DNA of 63,930 nt, the filler included, from Octopus bimaculoides (taxonomy: Eukaryota): NCBI RefSeq assembly GCF_001194135.2. It is 8 parts of 8 records of this genome, joined end to end, with 100 filler letters (N's around TTAATTAATTAA, not from the genome) between each part and the next. Parts side by side here need not be neighbours in the genome. Positions count along the whole stretch, not along the records: positions 1 to 9,837 come from NC_068991.1; positions 9,938 to 15,318 come from NC_068997.1; 6 more parts are not named here. One strand, written 5' to 3'. This document shows positions 1 through 11,315 of this stretch, piece after piece. Position numbers and translations under genes: made by a program. The notes under the pieces are model-generated. The model did not search any database. It was not told the origin of the DNA and saw only the letters and a program-made list of their open reading frames with translations. Positions within the stretch are counted from its first letter, which is position 1, and the number at the start of each line of letters is the position of its first letter.

Positions 1-48
<48 letters not shown>
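1..48. repeat. (CA)n microsatellite
   Basis: Perfect AC dinucleotide run at the window start. Confidence 0.98.
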
Positions 49-49
<1 letters not shown>

Positions 50-1208
50 TATATATGTATATATACGAGACTGTTATTTTGTTTTATCGTCTCCGAAAGG
101 ATAAAAGACAAGTTTGAACTTTAGAGAGATTTTAATTCAGAAAACATAGCTCCAGTGCATATACCACAAGGTATTCTGTCCGACATTCTTAGCGATTACT
201 GCAATCCCATAATACACCATTAAAACAAACAGAAACATCAGCCACAATAACAACAAGAACAACAACAATGATTACTTAAAAACTGACTGTAATAGACCAA
301 ATTCTTTTGAAGCTTCTCTTTGGAGTTAGGCCTAGAATTGCAATACGAGAACGCGGTCTTTGAATTCCTCGTCACGTGTCATGTTTCTGTGTGTGTGTGA
401 CGTTGATTCGGAGATTAATTCATAGTTTTTTCATTCGTTACTTTGGAAAATGGTTGGAAAACCTCATATTTCAAGGCAAATCTTCGTTTCAGAATGCTTG
501 ATGAAGACGTTGTTGTTCTCGCTGATGTTGTNNNNNNNNNNNNNNNNNNNNNNNNNNNNNNNNNNNNNNNNNNNNNNNNNNNNNNNNNNNNNNNNNNNNN
601 NNNNNNNNNNNNNNNNNNNNNNNNNNNNNNNNNNNNNNNNNNNNNNNNNNNNNNNNNNNNNNNNNNNNNNNNNNNNNNNNNNNNNNNNNNNNNNNNNNNN
701 NNNNNNNNNNNNNNNNNNNNNNNNNNNNNNNNNNNNNNNNNNNNNNNNNNNNNNNNNNNNNNNNNNNNNNNNNNNNNNNNNNNNNNNNNNNNNNNNNNNN
801 NNNNNNNNNNNNNNNNNNNNNNNNNNNNNNNNNNNNNNNNNNNNNNNNNNNNNNNNNNNNNNNNNNNNNNNNNNNNNNNNNNNNNNNNNNNNNNNNNNNN
901 NNNNNNNNNNNNNNNNNNNNNNNNNNNNNNNNNNNNNNNNNNNNNNNNNNNNNNNNNNNNNNNNNNNNNNNNNNNNNNNNNNNNNNNNNNNNNNNNNNNN
1001 NNNNNNNNNNNNNNNNNNNNNNNNNNNNNNNNNNNNNNNNNNNNNNNNNNNNNNNNNNNNNNNNNNNNNNNNNNNNNNNNNNNNNNNNNNNNNNNNNNNN
1101 NNNNNNNNNNNNNNNNNNNNNNNNNNNNNNNNNNNNNNNNNNNNNNNNNNNNNNNNNNNNNNNNNNNNNNNNNNNATATATATATATAATATATATATAT
1201 GTATATGC

Positions 1209-1251
<43 letters not shown>

Positions 1252-1262
1252 TTCTTACAAAT

Positions 1263-1307
<45 letters not shown>

Positions 1308-1789
1308 CACACACATGTATATATATATACACATATATAGATAACGGTGTGTGTGGGTGTATGTATGTACGTACGTATGTACTGCGGCGATTTTACATCT
1401 GTTAGACGACTGCATACACTCTTATTTAGTTTTGTTTGGTCTCGTTTCGTTTCACCTCGCTTCATATGGGTTTTGCAAACCTGGATCTATGCCGTCTCCT
1501 AAAACTATTTAACACATCTATTACAAGAATATATCACAGCGGTTGTTGCTAAACGACACATTGACTCACTAGCAAATTATAAGTATATTACCAGGGGTAC
1601 TTTGGCCAATCCTCATCGTTCCACACCATTCCTCTATCAACGGCCCCTCCTCTTACAAATGACATTTTTTTGCATTTGCTTTAGCATACAAGTGTATGTA
1701 TATATCTGTAGATATATAGATATATGAGTATATATATGTATGTATATACATATATGTATGTGTGTATATATAGTTTGGAAATTTTGGGC

Positions 1790-1950
1790 AAGTTTCATGT
1801 CCCTTCTGTCTTGAGACTATCTGACGAGCTACAGCATGCGTTTGCTGATCTTCAGAAAGTCTCATTTCCCTCTTCTTTTGAGACTCCATTTGACGTGCTG
1901 CAGCATGCTTTTGCTGATCTTGAGAAAGTCTCATCACCTTTCTCTCTTTA
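1790..1950 (-). mobile_element. About 2.3 copies of a 69-bp (23-aa) coding-type repeat, possible Helitron RepHel N-terminal remnant
   Basis: Units start at 1823 and 1892 (period 69). Minus-strand translation RLSQDQQKHAAARQMESQKKREM / RLSEDQQTHAVARQIVSRQ resembles the charged repeats upstream of animal Helitron Rep domains (recognition, not a search). Confidence 0.4.
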
Positions 1951-1991
1951 GAATCTCGCTTTCGGTTTTCTACAATACTCCTTGGTTTATA

Positions 1992-2165
1992 GTTCTGAGT
2001 TCAAATTCCGCCGAGGTCGACTTAGCCTTTCATTCTTTTGGAGTCGATTAAATAAGTACCACTTACGCACTGGGTGTCAATGTAATCGACTTATTCCCTT
2101 TGTCTGTCCTTGTTTGTCCCCTCTATGTTTAGCCCCTTATGGGCAATAAAGAAATTAGAAATAAG
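1992..2165 (+). mobile_element. tRNA-derived SINE family A, 5'-truncated, tail type 1
   Basis: B-box-like GTTCTGAGTTCAAATTCC, conserved body GTCGACTT(A/T)GCCTTTCAT..GTCGATTAAATAAGTACC, tail TCCCTTTGTCTGTCCTTGTTTG..AAAGAAAT. Many copies in the window. Confidence 0.85.
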
Positions 2166-2366
2166 AAACGTTAGCACGCCGTGCGAAACGCTTAGCGGTA
2201 TTTCGTCTGTCTTCATGTTCTGAGTTCAAATTCCGCCGAGGTCAACTTTGCCTTTCATTTTTTCGGGGTTGATTAATTAAGTACCAGTTGCGTACTGAGG
2301 TCTATCTAATCGGCTGGCCCCTTCTCCCAAAAATTTCGGGCTTTGTACCTAGAGTAGAAAAGAATA
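2166..2366 (+). mobile_element. SINE family A, tail type 2, directly behind the previous copy
   Basis: Head AAACGTTAGCACGCCG..GCTTAGCGGTATTTCG, same body, tail GGCCCC..AAAAATTTCGGGC..TAGAGTAGAAAAGAATATT. Confidence 0.85.
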
Positions 2367-2730
2367 TTCCAGGGCAGTAATGCACCTATTCACGTAGCTA
2401 ATGTTATTCTATATTGCCACAAAGGGCGCAAAAATGAAACAAACCATTGAGACTCTCCAACCCCAAACCTCCAGTTCTCAGCATAATCACACACTTGTTG
2501 CATTTTGGAGAAGCTTTGCAAAGAGGTTCACCTTCCATCGTCACTGAAGTAACTAAAGCATGTCTTACTTGAATTTGTGTCAGAATTCTTCTATCGTCAT
2601 TTCAGAACCTGTACGAGTCAATTCCGCGACGTATTAAATTTGTGATTGATGTCAAAGGTAGACCAACTCCGTATTAAATAATAAACACATCCATTTTGCC
2701 GGGTATTTCAATTATTTTGTTCAACCCCTG
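2367..2730 (+). mobile_element. Tc1-like transposase 3' remnant with terminal repeat
   Basis: Degenerate motifs FQGSNAPIHVA (FQQDNAPxH-like), a PDLNxIExLW-like segment, and C-terminal QNLYESIPRRIKFVIDVKGRPTPY*. Ends ..TTATTTTGTTCAACCCCTG followed by TA. Confidence 0.7.
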
Positions 2731-3081
2731 TATAATAAAAGACGAGAAAAAAAGAGAAAAGACAACGAGAGACAGACAGACATACAGAAAGAGGTAGAAT
2801 TTTGCCTGCAATGTTAAGCTTCAGTAACTTTTTCCTCTGTTTGCTTCGTTCGATTGATGGAAAGTAGGAAAATAAATATAATAAGTGAATGAAAAAATAT
2901 CAACAAAATAGATAATGAAATAAATAAACTAATATATAATTTTCGTCTGAGTTGAATACGATACTTTTAACTCTGCTAGTTATACCGAGAAATGAAGCAG
3001 CACCATTTACGGATTATGTCGTCTATCATGTAACTGTCGACAATTTCTAACATCCTTCTCTGTATATGCTTGTATGTGCCC

Positions 3082-3131
<50 letters not shown>

Positions 3132-4176
3132 NNNNNNNNNNNNNTACATACACATATAGACTATATTTATATGTGTATGTGTCAGCCATTGTGTTGTGCT
3201 AACAACACAAAATATCCCGCTGTCTCGAATTGGTTAGCTGACTGATTGAGCATTTTATGATAACCATAAAAATAAAAAAGCAGACGACATCTTTGTTCTC
3301 GGTGGGGTCCTTTTGTGTACATATGTATGTGTATGTGTGTATGTATGTGCACCTGTGTGTGTGTGTGTGTGTGTGTATGAAGATTTTGTTGTTGGATTTT
3401 GCTTTTTTGTAATGAGGACGATAAGGATATTCAATACGAAGGAACGAAGTTAGGAAGAACGGTAGTGAGGGTTGGCGGAGATGTGAAAGAAAATACGAAA
3501 GAAAGAGAGAAAAAATGAGTGAATGAAAGATAAGGAAAAGTCGAAAGGAAAGAGAAAAAGAGAAATGAAAGAAAATAAGAGACTGAAGGAGAGAAAGAGT
3601 GAATGATATGAAAGAACGAAAGAGTGGAATATTTAAATTAATGACAAACGCTAATGAGAACTAAAGCATAGGTGTGTGAGTGTTTGTGTATGTATCCATG
3701 TGTGTGCGCGTGCAAATATATATATATATANNNNNNNNNNNNNNNNNNNNNNNNNNNNNNNNNNNNNNNNNNNNNNNNNNNNNNNNNNNNNNNNNNNNNN
3801 NNNNNNNNNNNNNNNNNNNNNNNNNNNNNNNNNNNNNNNNNNNNNNNNNNNNNNNNNNNNNNNNNNNNNNNNNNNNNNNNNNNNNNNNNNNNNNNNNNNN
3901 NNNNNNNNNNNNNNNNNNNNNNNNNNNNNNNNNNNNNNNNNNNNNNNNNNNNNNNNNNNNNNNNNNNNNNNNNNNNNNNNNNNNNNNNNNNNNNNNNNNN
4001 NNNNNNNNNNNNNNNNNNNNNNNNNNNNNNNNNNNNNNNNNNNNNNNNNNNNNNNNNNNNNNNNNNNNNNNNNNNNNNNNNNNNNNNNNNNNNNNNNNNN
4101 NNNNNNNNNNNNNNNNNNNNNNNNNNNNNNNNNNNNNNNNNNNNNNNNNNNNNNNNNNNNNNNNNNNNNNNNNNNN

Positions 4177-4242
<66 letters not shown>

Positions 4243-4864
4243 GGTAAAAGGAAATGGCGTGTTAGTGAAGAAGAAATAATACAGATACTGAAACATATAT
4301 ATATATATATAAAAATGGCTTTCACAAGTATAATTTGAGCGGCGGCAATGGTACGGGATGGTTATGGAGGAAGGTTGATTTCTAAACGATATATAACAAT
4401 TAGTGTTGGCCGTACGGAAGTAACCTCTCGTATATTGAAGATGTGTACAGTACAGAAATGGAAATTGAACACCTTCTGTAACAAACAATGTCCGGTCTGG
4501 ATTGCAACAAGCGCACTTCCTGCTGAGTGTCAGGTAATCGTGGCTTATAAAACAATACTCTGGCGTCATTAGAAAGTTGTATACACAGTTTGCGTGTGTG
4601 TGCACTTGAGTGTTCGTCACCTTCATGTCTGTATGCCTAAGTATGAATGTGTATATGCGCGTGCGCTTGTTTGTATGTGGGTGGGTGTTTGAGTCAGTGT
4701 TTTGTTTGTTTTGTCTTTGTTTTTTTGTTTTTGTATGAATGTGTTTCGCTTATATTCGTTAATTTGTTTACTGGGATCTAATTGGAGGGTTTAAAATCGT
4801 GAAGGGGCGAAGGGAAGTAATTTGGTTTTTGGGGGGCGTGGGTTTATTTATGGTCTTTCGAACT

Positions 4865-4985
4865 CAAGATCACGAGACCGTCGTTTCGATTCCTGATCTG
4901 GGTGATACGTTGTGTACTTGAGCAAGGCACTTCGTATTACGTTGTACCAGTTCTCTTACCTGCGACTGACTGGAGGCTTCTGTAG
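4865..4985 (+). mobile_element. Degenerate tRNA-derived SINE head (family D, CORE-like box)
   Basis: TTCGATTCC B-box followed by CTTGAGCAAGGCACTT, shared with the family D copies at 24.7-25.0, 55.1 and 58.2 kb. Confidence 0.5.
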
Positions 4986-5191
4986 GAGGATAATGTGATT
5001 TTAATAATTTATACGTCATGGAAACCAAGAGAATCCCAGGGTTCGAGACAGTACTTGCTGAGTTATTTGTGGTGGTTAATAGTTGCAAGTTGTGTGTGGT
5101 TTATCAGTGAATATGGATGTGGATGACGCTTAAAAATGTGAAGAGGTGAGAGAAATAGCTTGGTCTTGGAGTCATCTTATTTTGGCTATTA

Positions 5192-5380
5192 TCGGGCTAA
5201 ATGCTTAGCGGTATTTCGCCCGTCACTACGTTCCGAGTTCAAATTCCGCGGCGGTCGTTGACTTTGCCTTTCATCTTTTCGGAATCAATCAAATAAGTAC
5301 CAGTTAAACTGGGGTCGATATAATCGACACATCCTCTTCTCCTCAAAATTGCTGCCCTTATGACAAAATTTGAAACCATT
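5192..5380 (+). mobile_element. SINE family A, tail type 3
   Basis: Family A head and body; tail CCTCAAAATTGCTGCCCTTATGACAAAATTTGAAACC. Confidence 0.85.
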
Positions 5381-5401
5381 ACTATTATTATGATTGTTAA
5401 T

Positions 5402-5605
5402 GTGGCACAACGTCGGGCACAATACTTAGCTGCATTTCGTGCGTCTTTAGGTTCTGAGTTCAAATTCCGGTGCTGTCGACATTTCATTTCATCCTTTCGT
5501 GGTCGATAAATTAAGTAGCAGTGAAACAGTGAGGTCGATGTAATCGACTAGTCCCCCTCCATCCCGCCAAAACTTCAGACTTTGTGCCTTTAGTAGAAAG
5601 GATCA
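5402..5605 (+). mobile_element. SINE family A, tail type 2 variant, ending in (ATT)n
   Basis: Family A body; tail GACTAGTCCCCC..GTGCCTTTAGTAGAAAGGATC runs into an ATT array. Confidence 0.8.
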
Positions 5606-5611
5606 TTATTA

Positions 5612-5680
<69 letters not shown>
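5605..5680. repeat. (ATT)n microsatellite (SINE tail expansion)
   Basis: Near-perfect ATT run. Confidence 0.95.
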
Positions 5681-5682
<2 letters not shown>

Positions 5683-5793
5683 AATATGCCACAGTTTCCT
5701 TCTATCAAATTCTCTCATAAGGCAATGGTTAGTCCAGGGGTATAGCAGAAGGCATTTGCCCAATGCATCATAGTCACGTGATTGCTAAGTGAC

Positions 5794-5841
<48 letters not shown>

Positions 5842-6376
5842 CCCGTAAGGGCGTATTTAATGATAGACTTATTGTGTTCTCTGTTGTATGTCTATCTCTT
5901 ACATATTAATAAATCAATCAATCTTATTTATGTACAGAGGTAAATTCATACATATATATATGCGTAATTAGGTGCAATATAATACGCTTAGGAATTAAGG
6001 TAATTGAGGATTTACACCGAGACGTTGGTGGACACCATTTTAACTTCTCAACACGAGCCTGTTCTTACATTTCTTGCTGCCGTTGTTATTGTTGCTGTAT
6101 AGTGCCAGGTTAGACTTCCAGCGATTTGACAGGATCTAACAAATATGAGACGGATGGAGCTTATAGGCGGGCAATTCTGACAGGAACAGGATTTGCGTGC
6201 CAGACACGGTCGAAAGGTTTTCTCAGGTCGAGGCCAAAGAAAAAATTGTTTTCACCAAATATTACAAGGGCCGTACAGACGTATGTACGTATGCATTGAT
6301 ACACAAACATAAATGCTTATATATTTATAGAGAAATACGTAGAAACATTCACATTATAGAAATATATATATATATA

Positions 6377-6453
<77 letters not shown>

Positions 6454-6911
6454 ACATGAATACATTTATACACATCTACATGCACACACACATGTGTATC
6501 TGTATATATGAATGTAAGTAGATACACGTGTATATGTGTCTGTGCACATATATCATGTACTTGTTTATGTATACATATGTGAGTGTGTGCATGCGTATAT
6601 ATATGTATATATANNNNNNNNNNNNNNNNNNNNNNNNNNNNNNNNNNNNNNNNNNNNNNNNNNNNNNNNNNNNNNNNNNNNNNNNNNNNNNNNNNNNNNN
6701 NNNNNNNNNNNNNNNNNNNNNNNNNNNNNNNNNNNNNNNNNNNNNNNNNNNNNNNNNNNNNNNNNNNNNNNNNNNNNNNNNNNNNNNNNNNNNNNNNNNN
6801 NNNNNNNNNNNNNNNNNNNNNNNNNNNNNNNNNNNNNNNNNNNNNNNNNNNNNNNNNNNNNNNNNNNNNNNNNNNNNNNNNNNNNNNNNNNNNNNNNNNN
6901 NNNNNNNNNNN

Positions 6912-6946
<35 letters not shown>

Positions 6947-7936
6947 TAAATATATATATATCAACATACATATGCATCATATAGATGTTGATACATATAT
7001 GCTTACACTCACGCGTCCGCACGCACAGACTCATACGAAAATCCTCCATATGTATGTGTGTATATATGCGTGTGCGTGTTTGTATGAGTGTTAATGTCTA
7101 TGTATGTATATATACATATATGTGTGTGTGTGTGTGTATCTAAATGTGTATGTGTGTGTGTGTCTTTATATATATATATATATATTATATACAGATATAC
7201 ATACACAGACACGTTCATACATGCATACATCTCCCAGCTTACTCATTTGACGGTGATTTCATCTTCAAGATCACTAAGCTGGAATGTTCTTATCTTATCT
7301 CTTCTAAAGATTCTTGCCGATATCAAGATAAAATAATACTATTGACTCTGCCTATTGACATAGATATTTCTCGTATCCAGCACACAAACCCGTTCTTCGG
7401 CATTTATAACTAGAATGAAGGAAAGGAGCAAGTCTTTCGAACTCTAGGTTAAGTATCTTATGTCTCCGCGAGGTTTCAAATATCAACTGACAATAGAATC
7501 AGTAAATATATATATAATATATATATATACATGTATATATATATATANNNNNNNNNNNNNNNNNNNNNNNNNNNNNNNNNNNNNNNNNNNNNNNNNNNNN
7601 NNNNNNNNNNNNNNNNNNNNNNNNNNNNNNNNNNNNNNNNNNNNNNNNNNNNNNNNNNNNNNNNNNNNNNNNNNNNNNNNNNNNNNNNNNNNNNNNNNNN
7701 NNNNNNNNNNNNNNNNNNNNNNNNNNNNNNNNNNNNNNNNNNNNNNNNNNNNNNNNNNNNNNNNNNNNNNNNNNNNNNNNNNNNNNNNNNNNNNNNNNNN
7801 NNNNNNNNNNNNNNNNNNNNNNNNNNNNNNNNNNNNNNNNNNNNNNNNNNNNNNNNNNNNNNNNNNNNNNNNNNNNNNNNNNNNNNNNNNNNNNNNNNNN
7901 NNNNNNNNNNNNNNNNNNNNNNNNNNNNNNNNNNNN

Positions 7937-8081
7937 CGATCTCATGTACGACGACCTTCTTTCAGTTTCCGTCTACCAAATCCACTCACAGGGCTTTGGT
8001 CGGCCCGAGACTATAGTAGAAGACACTTGTCTAAGGTGCCACACAGTGGAGGCTGAATCCGGAACCATGTGGTTGGGAAGC
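7937..8081 (-). mobile_element. SINE family B (5' half of the composite B+C SINE)
   Basis: Reverse complement of GGCACCTT(A/G)G..AAGTGTCTTCTACTATAG..GAGTGGATTTGGTAGACGGAAACTGAAAGAAG. Confidence 0.85.
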
Positions 8082-8222
8082 AACTGGTATTTAATTCATC
8101 AACTCCGAAAGGATGAAAGGCAAAGTCGACTTCGGCGGAATTTGAACTCGGAACATAAAGACTGACGAAATGCCGCTAAGACTTTAACCCGGAAAGCTAG
8201 CGATTCTGACAGCTCGCTGCCT
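8082..8222 (-). mobile_element. SINE family A
   Basis: GATGAAAGGCAAAGTCGAC..GGAATTTGAACTC is the reverse complement of the family A body. Confidence 0.8.
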
Positions 8223-8423
8223 TACGTCATATTCATTATAAAAGTAACAACAATATATTAGAAAATAACTTCTAATTCACTTCCAAGGTCATAATAATTT
8301 AAAGAAAAAACGAGGAACTAATCTTGGAATCCGGATAAGTGGCGCTGTCTATTCCATTGATCCCAGTATTTGTCTGCTACTTATTTCTTCCGAAAGGTGT
8401 TTGAACTCAGGATGCATGAAATA

Positions 8424-8540
<117 letters not shown>

Positions 8541-9115
8541 GTGTTAACACTTTCACCCTCCGAAAAAAATCCAAAATTTTATTTAATTTGCTTTGCGGGA
8601 AGGGCTGTTTAAACGAAGACGCGTTTTGTCACTATCTTCGAAACGCGGAATAGTTAAAACAGGGGACAACTGATGAAGGGAATGTTCTTTATGTTGCCTG
8701 TTTCGTTTCTCTATTTGTTTCTTTCGTTGTTCGAAAAAAGTTCGTTTTTTATGTTCTCGTTTCTCATTTTGTCTACGTTTTTTTTTATGTCCTGTACACA
8801 TATATGCATGTATATTTACATGTATATGTAGATATGTACATATATGTATGTATATATGCATTTATTTATATATTATTTATATTATATATGTATGTATGTT
8901 TGTATGTACGTATGGATATATACATATATATGAATACATTTTCTTTTACTCAAAGCCAAGAACTTTTCAGCATGCTAGACCACTTAGAAACAGACTGTTC
9001 CTTTAACTGGAACCTTATGGTCCAAAATTTCTGAGCGAAACCCACTTAATTTCGTTTGTAGTTATGTATGAATATCTATGTATATGTATGTATGGTGGTT
9101 GTCTACTCCCTATGC

Positions 9116-9209
9116 AGATTATTTACATTATTTACATTTGACGGATATTTCTCCTCATCTTGTTTGTTGTTAATACAGCGTTTCGGCTGATATACCCTCC
9201 AGCCTTCAT
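9116..9209 (-). mobile_element. Penelope-like terminal repeat fragment with a partial hammerhead core
   Basis: Same repeat as both arms at 38.3-38.9 kb. Minus strand reads ATGA-A-GGCTG-gagggtatat-CAGCC-GAAACG, a perfect 5-bp helix II, but CTGATGA is cut at the junction. Confidence 0.6.
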
Positions 9210-9259
9210 AGAAATGTTCTTATGCAGTGTTTGACCACCTTCTGTACCTACACTTTAGA

Positions 9260-9565
9260 ACCATCATGGCACTGATGTGGCTTTTTAAACCAGGCAATGC
9301 TTTTGAAAAGACACCCACATAGATTGCATATCCCATTTGAACCACTAAGTGGTGCAGAGTTCTGATTTTTTTGGATCTTAAAATGTCTTTTCAGGCCTCC
9401 GTTAGATTTTCAAACCTTCTGACATACATTGCATTGAAAGTTGTGCACACACATATAGGCAGAATAGTTGGCGGAGGTTTGTTTTCCATGGGTTCGCAAA
9501 TGAAATTTGAGCCCAGCAAAAGAAGGGCATGGTCTGTCACAAACTATGCACACAAAAGGGTCATT
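9260..9565 (-). pseudogene. Three decayed C2H2 zinc fingers, probably the C-terminal fingers of an RTE-type LINE ORF
   Basis: FVCIVCDRPCPSFAGLKFHLRTH; FQCNVCQKV*KSNGGLKRHFKIQ (in-frame stop); CNLCGCLFKSIA then, after a frameshift, GLKSHIS..H. Linkers are long and not TGEKP. Confidence 0.7.
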
Positions 9566-9606
9566 GTGATTCACCTTTTCGATCGTAACATTAAACATAA
9601 ACTTTT

Positions 9607-9790
9607 GACTGTGTCCATGCTGGAGCACCACCTTTATTGGAACAAATCGACCCCAGAATTTATTCTTTGTAAGCCTAGTACTTATTGTATCGGTTTTTTT
9701 TCCGAACCGCTAAGTTACGGGGACGTAGACACCTGAACATCGGTTGTCAAGCGATGGTGGGTGGGGGGGACAAACACAGACACGCAAGCA
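9607..9790 (-). mobile_element. SINE family C (3' half of the composite B+C SINE)
   Basis: CCATGCTGGAGCACC..AATCGACCCCAG..GTAAGCCTAGTACTTA..CCGCTAAGTTACGGGGACGT. Confidence 0.85.
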
Positions 9791-9837
9791 TATACATGTA
9801 CACACATATGTATAAGTATTATGTATTTGTATATATA

Positions 9838-9937
9838 NNNNNNNNNNNNNNNNNNNNNNNNNNNNNNNNNNNNNNNNNNNNTTAATTAATTAANNNNNNN
9901 NNNNNNNNNNNNNNNNNNNNNNNNNNNNNNNNNNNNN
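9838..9937. other. Artificial 100-nt scaffold spacer (44N-TTAATTAATTAA-44N)
   Basis: Identical geometry at seven places; the 12-mer has stops in all six frames. Confidence 0.95.
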
Positions 9938-9939
9938 GT

Positions 9940-10162
9940 GTATGTACATGTTTGTGTGTCTGTGTTTGTCCCTCCCCCAGCATTGCTTGACAACCGACGG
10001 TGGTGTGTTTACGTCCCCGTAACTTAGTGGTTCGGCAAAAGAGACCGATAGAATAAGTACTAGGCTTCCAAAGAATAGGTCCTGGGGTCGATTTGCTCGA
10101 CTAAAGGCGGTGCTCCAGCATGGCCGCAATCAAATGACTGAAACAAGTAAAAGAGTAAAAGA
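9940..10162 (+). mobile_element. SINE family C
   Basis: GCTTGACAACCGA..TTTACGTCCCCGTAACTTAG..CCAGCATGGCCGCA..GACTGAAACAAGTAAAAGAG. Confidence 0.9.
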
Positions 10163-10871
10163 GATACGTAAGCGTAAATAGAGTATATACACATGTACAT
10201 ATTTACACACACGAGTGTGCATATGCGTGCATACATGCATTTGGTTGTCTCTTTCTCCTTTACATGATTTACGCCATGTTAAACAGAACATTGTAGCCTC
10301 CATGTTGTTTTTTTTCTGTTTTTTTGTTTTCCTGCTAATCCGCCATTCTCCAATAGCAAGCCCATAGAATTTCATTAAAGACTTCCTCTCCTGACAGCTA
10401 GTTTTGCCCTTGATTGATTTCGAAGGCTCTAATGCTGGGAATAGTCTCTTTTAATCAAACTGTTTTTAATAGTTTGTCTCCCAACCGCCTGACCCTACTC
10501 CACCTGATATCCTCGCCACACTTCCTTCTTCTTCGGAACTTTCATCAAATTGAATGTAGTCGTGGTGGTAGAGTTAATGATGGCCTCTATGAAGGGAAAG
10601 ATAGATTGATGGCTGCTAATGATGCTGTTGTTTAATACAGTTGTATAATGTATTATATTTGACATGACAGTCTGTTGTTGGTTTTGATGATGTGTGGCCG
10701 CTTCGAAGTTAGCCCTGATCGAACCAGATCTATAAACAAATGCATGCCAGTCGTGACCAACCTGTTTATTTTGTATTTTTTAATATGCCGAAGATAAAAT
10801 NNNNNNNNNNTCTTTTGTTATATTTCTGCTGCTTTTAAATAAAGTATATATATATATATGATAATCTATAT

Positions 10872-11315
10872 AGGCGCAGGAGTGGCTGTGTGGTAAGTAG
10901 TGTCCTTGTTCGTACCCTCTTTGTAATGCCTTTATGGCAAAGATTTATGAAATAAAGTAGCTTGCTTAACAACCACATGGTTCTGGGTTCAGTCTCACTG
11001 CGTGCACCTTGGGCAAGTGTCTTCTACTATAGCCTCGGGCCGACCAAAGCCCTGTGAGTGGATTTGGTAGACGGAAACTGAAAGAATCCCGTCGTATACA
11101 TGTACATATATATATGTATGTGTATGTACATGTTTGTGTGTCTGTGTTTGTCCCTCCCCCAGCATTGCTTGACAACCGACGGTGGTGTGTTTACGTCCCC
11201 GTAACTTAGTGGTTCGGCAAAAGAGACCGATAGAATAAGTACTAGGCTTCCAAAGAATAGGTCCTGGGGTCGATTTGCTCGACTAAAGGCGGTGCTCCAG
11301 CATGGCCGCAATCAA
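10872..11315 (+). mobile_element. Composite SINE B + microsatellite + C, with a nested family A tail
   Basis: tRNA-like head AGGCGCAGGAGTGGCTGTGTGGTAAG..GGTTCAGTC, CORE-like CCTTGGGCAAGTG, central TA/TG repeat, then the C part. An insert at 10901-10954 is flanked by AAGTAG. Confidence 0.9.

Noticed and set aside
7250-7413. YSFDGDFIFKITKL as the start of a TRAF/MATH domain exon
   Set aside because: Only about 10 residues resemble SYDGxxIWKI; the downstream sequence lacks the expected SPPFYT..GYK motifs.
8600-8780. CTGATGA at 8670 as another hammerhead
   Set aside because: No helix II followed by GAAA in the right position, so the core is incomplete.
9882-9893. TTAATTAATTAA as a biological palindrome or piggyBac-type site
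   Set aside because: It is always centred between exactly 44 N on each side, so it is a pipeline linker.
9607-10162. Inverted SINE C pair flanking 9838-9937
   Set aside because: The two copies lie on opposite sides of an artificial spacer, so their proximity is not reliable.
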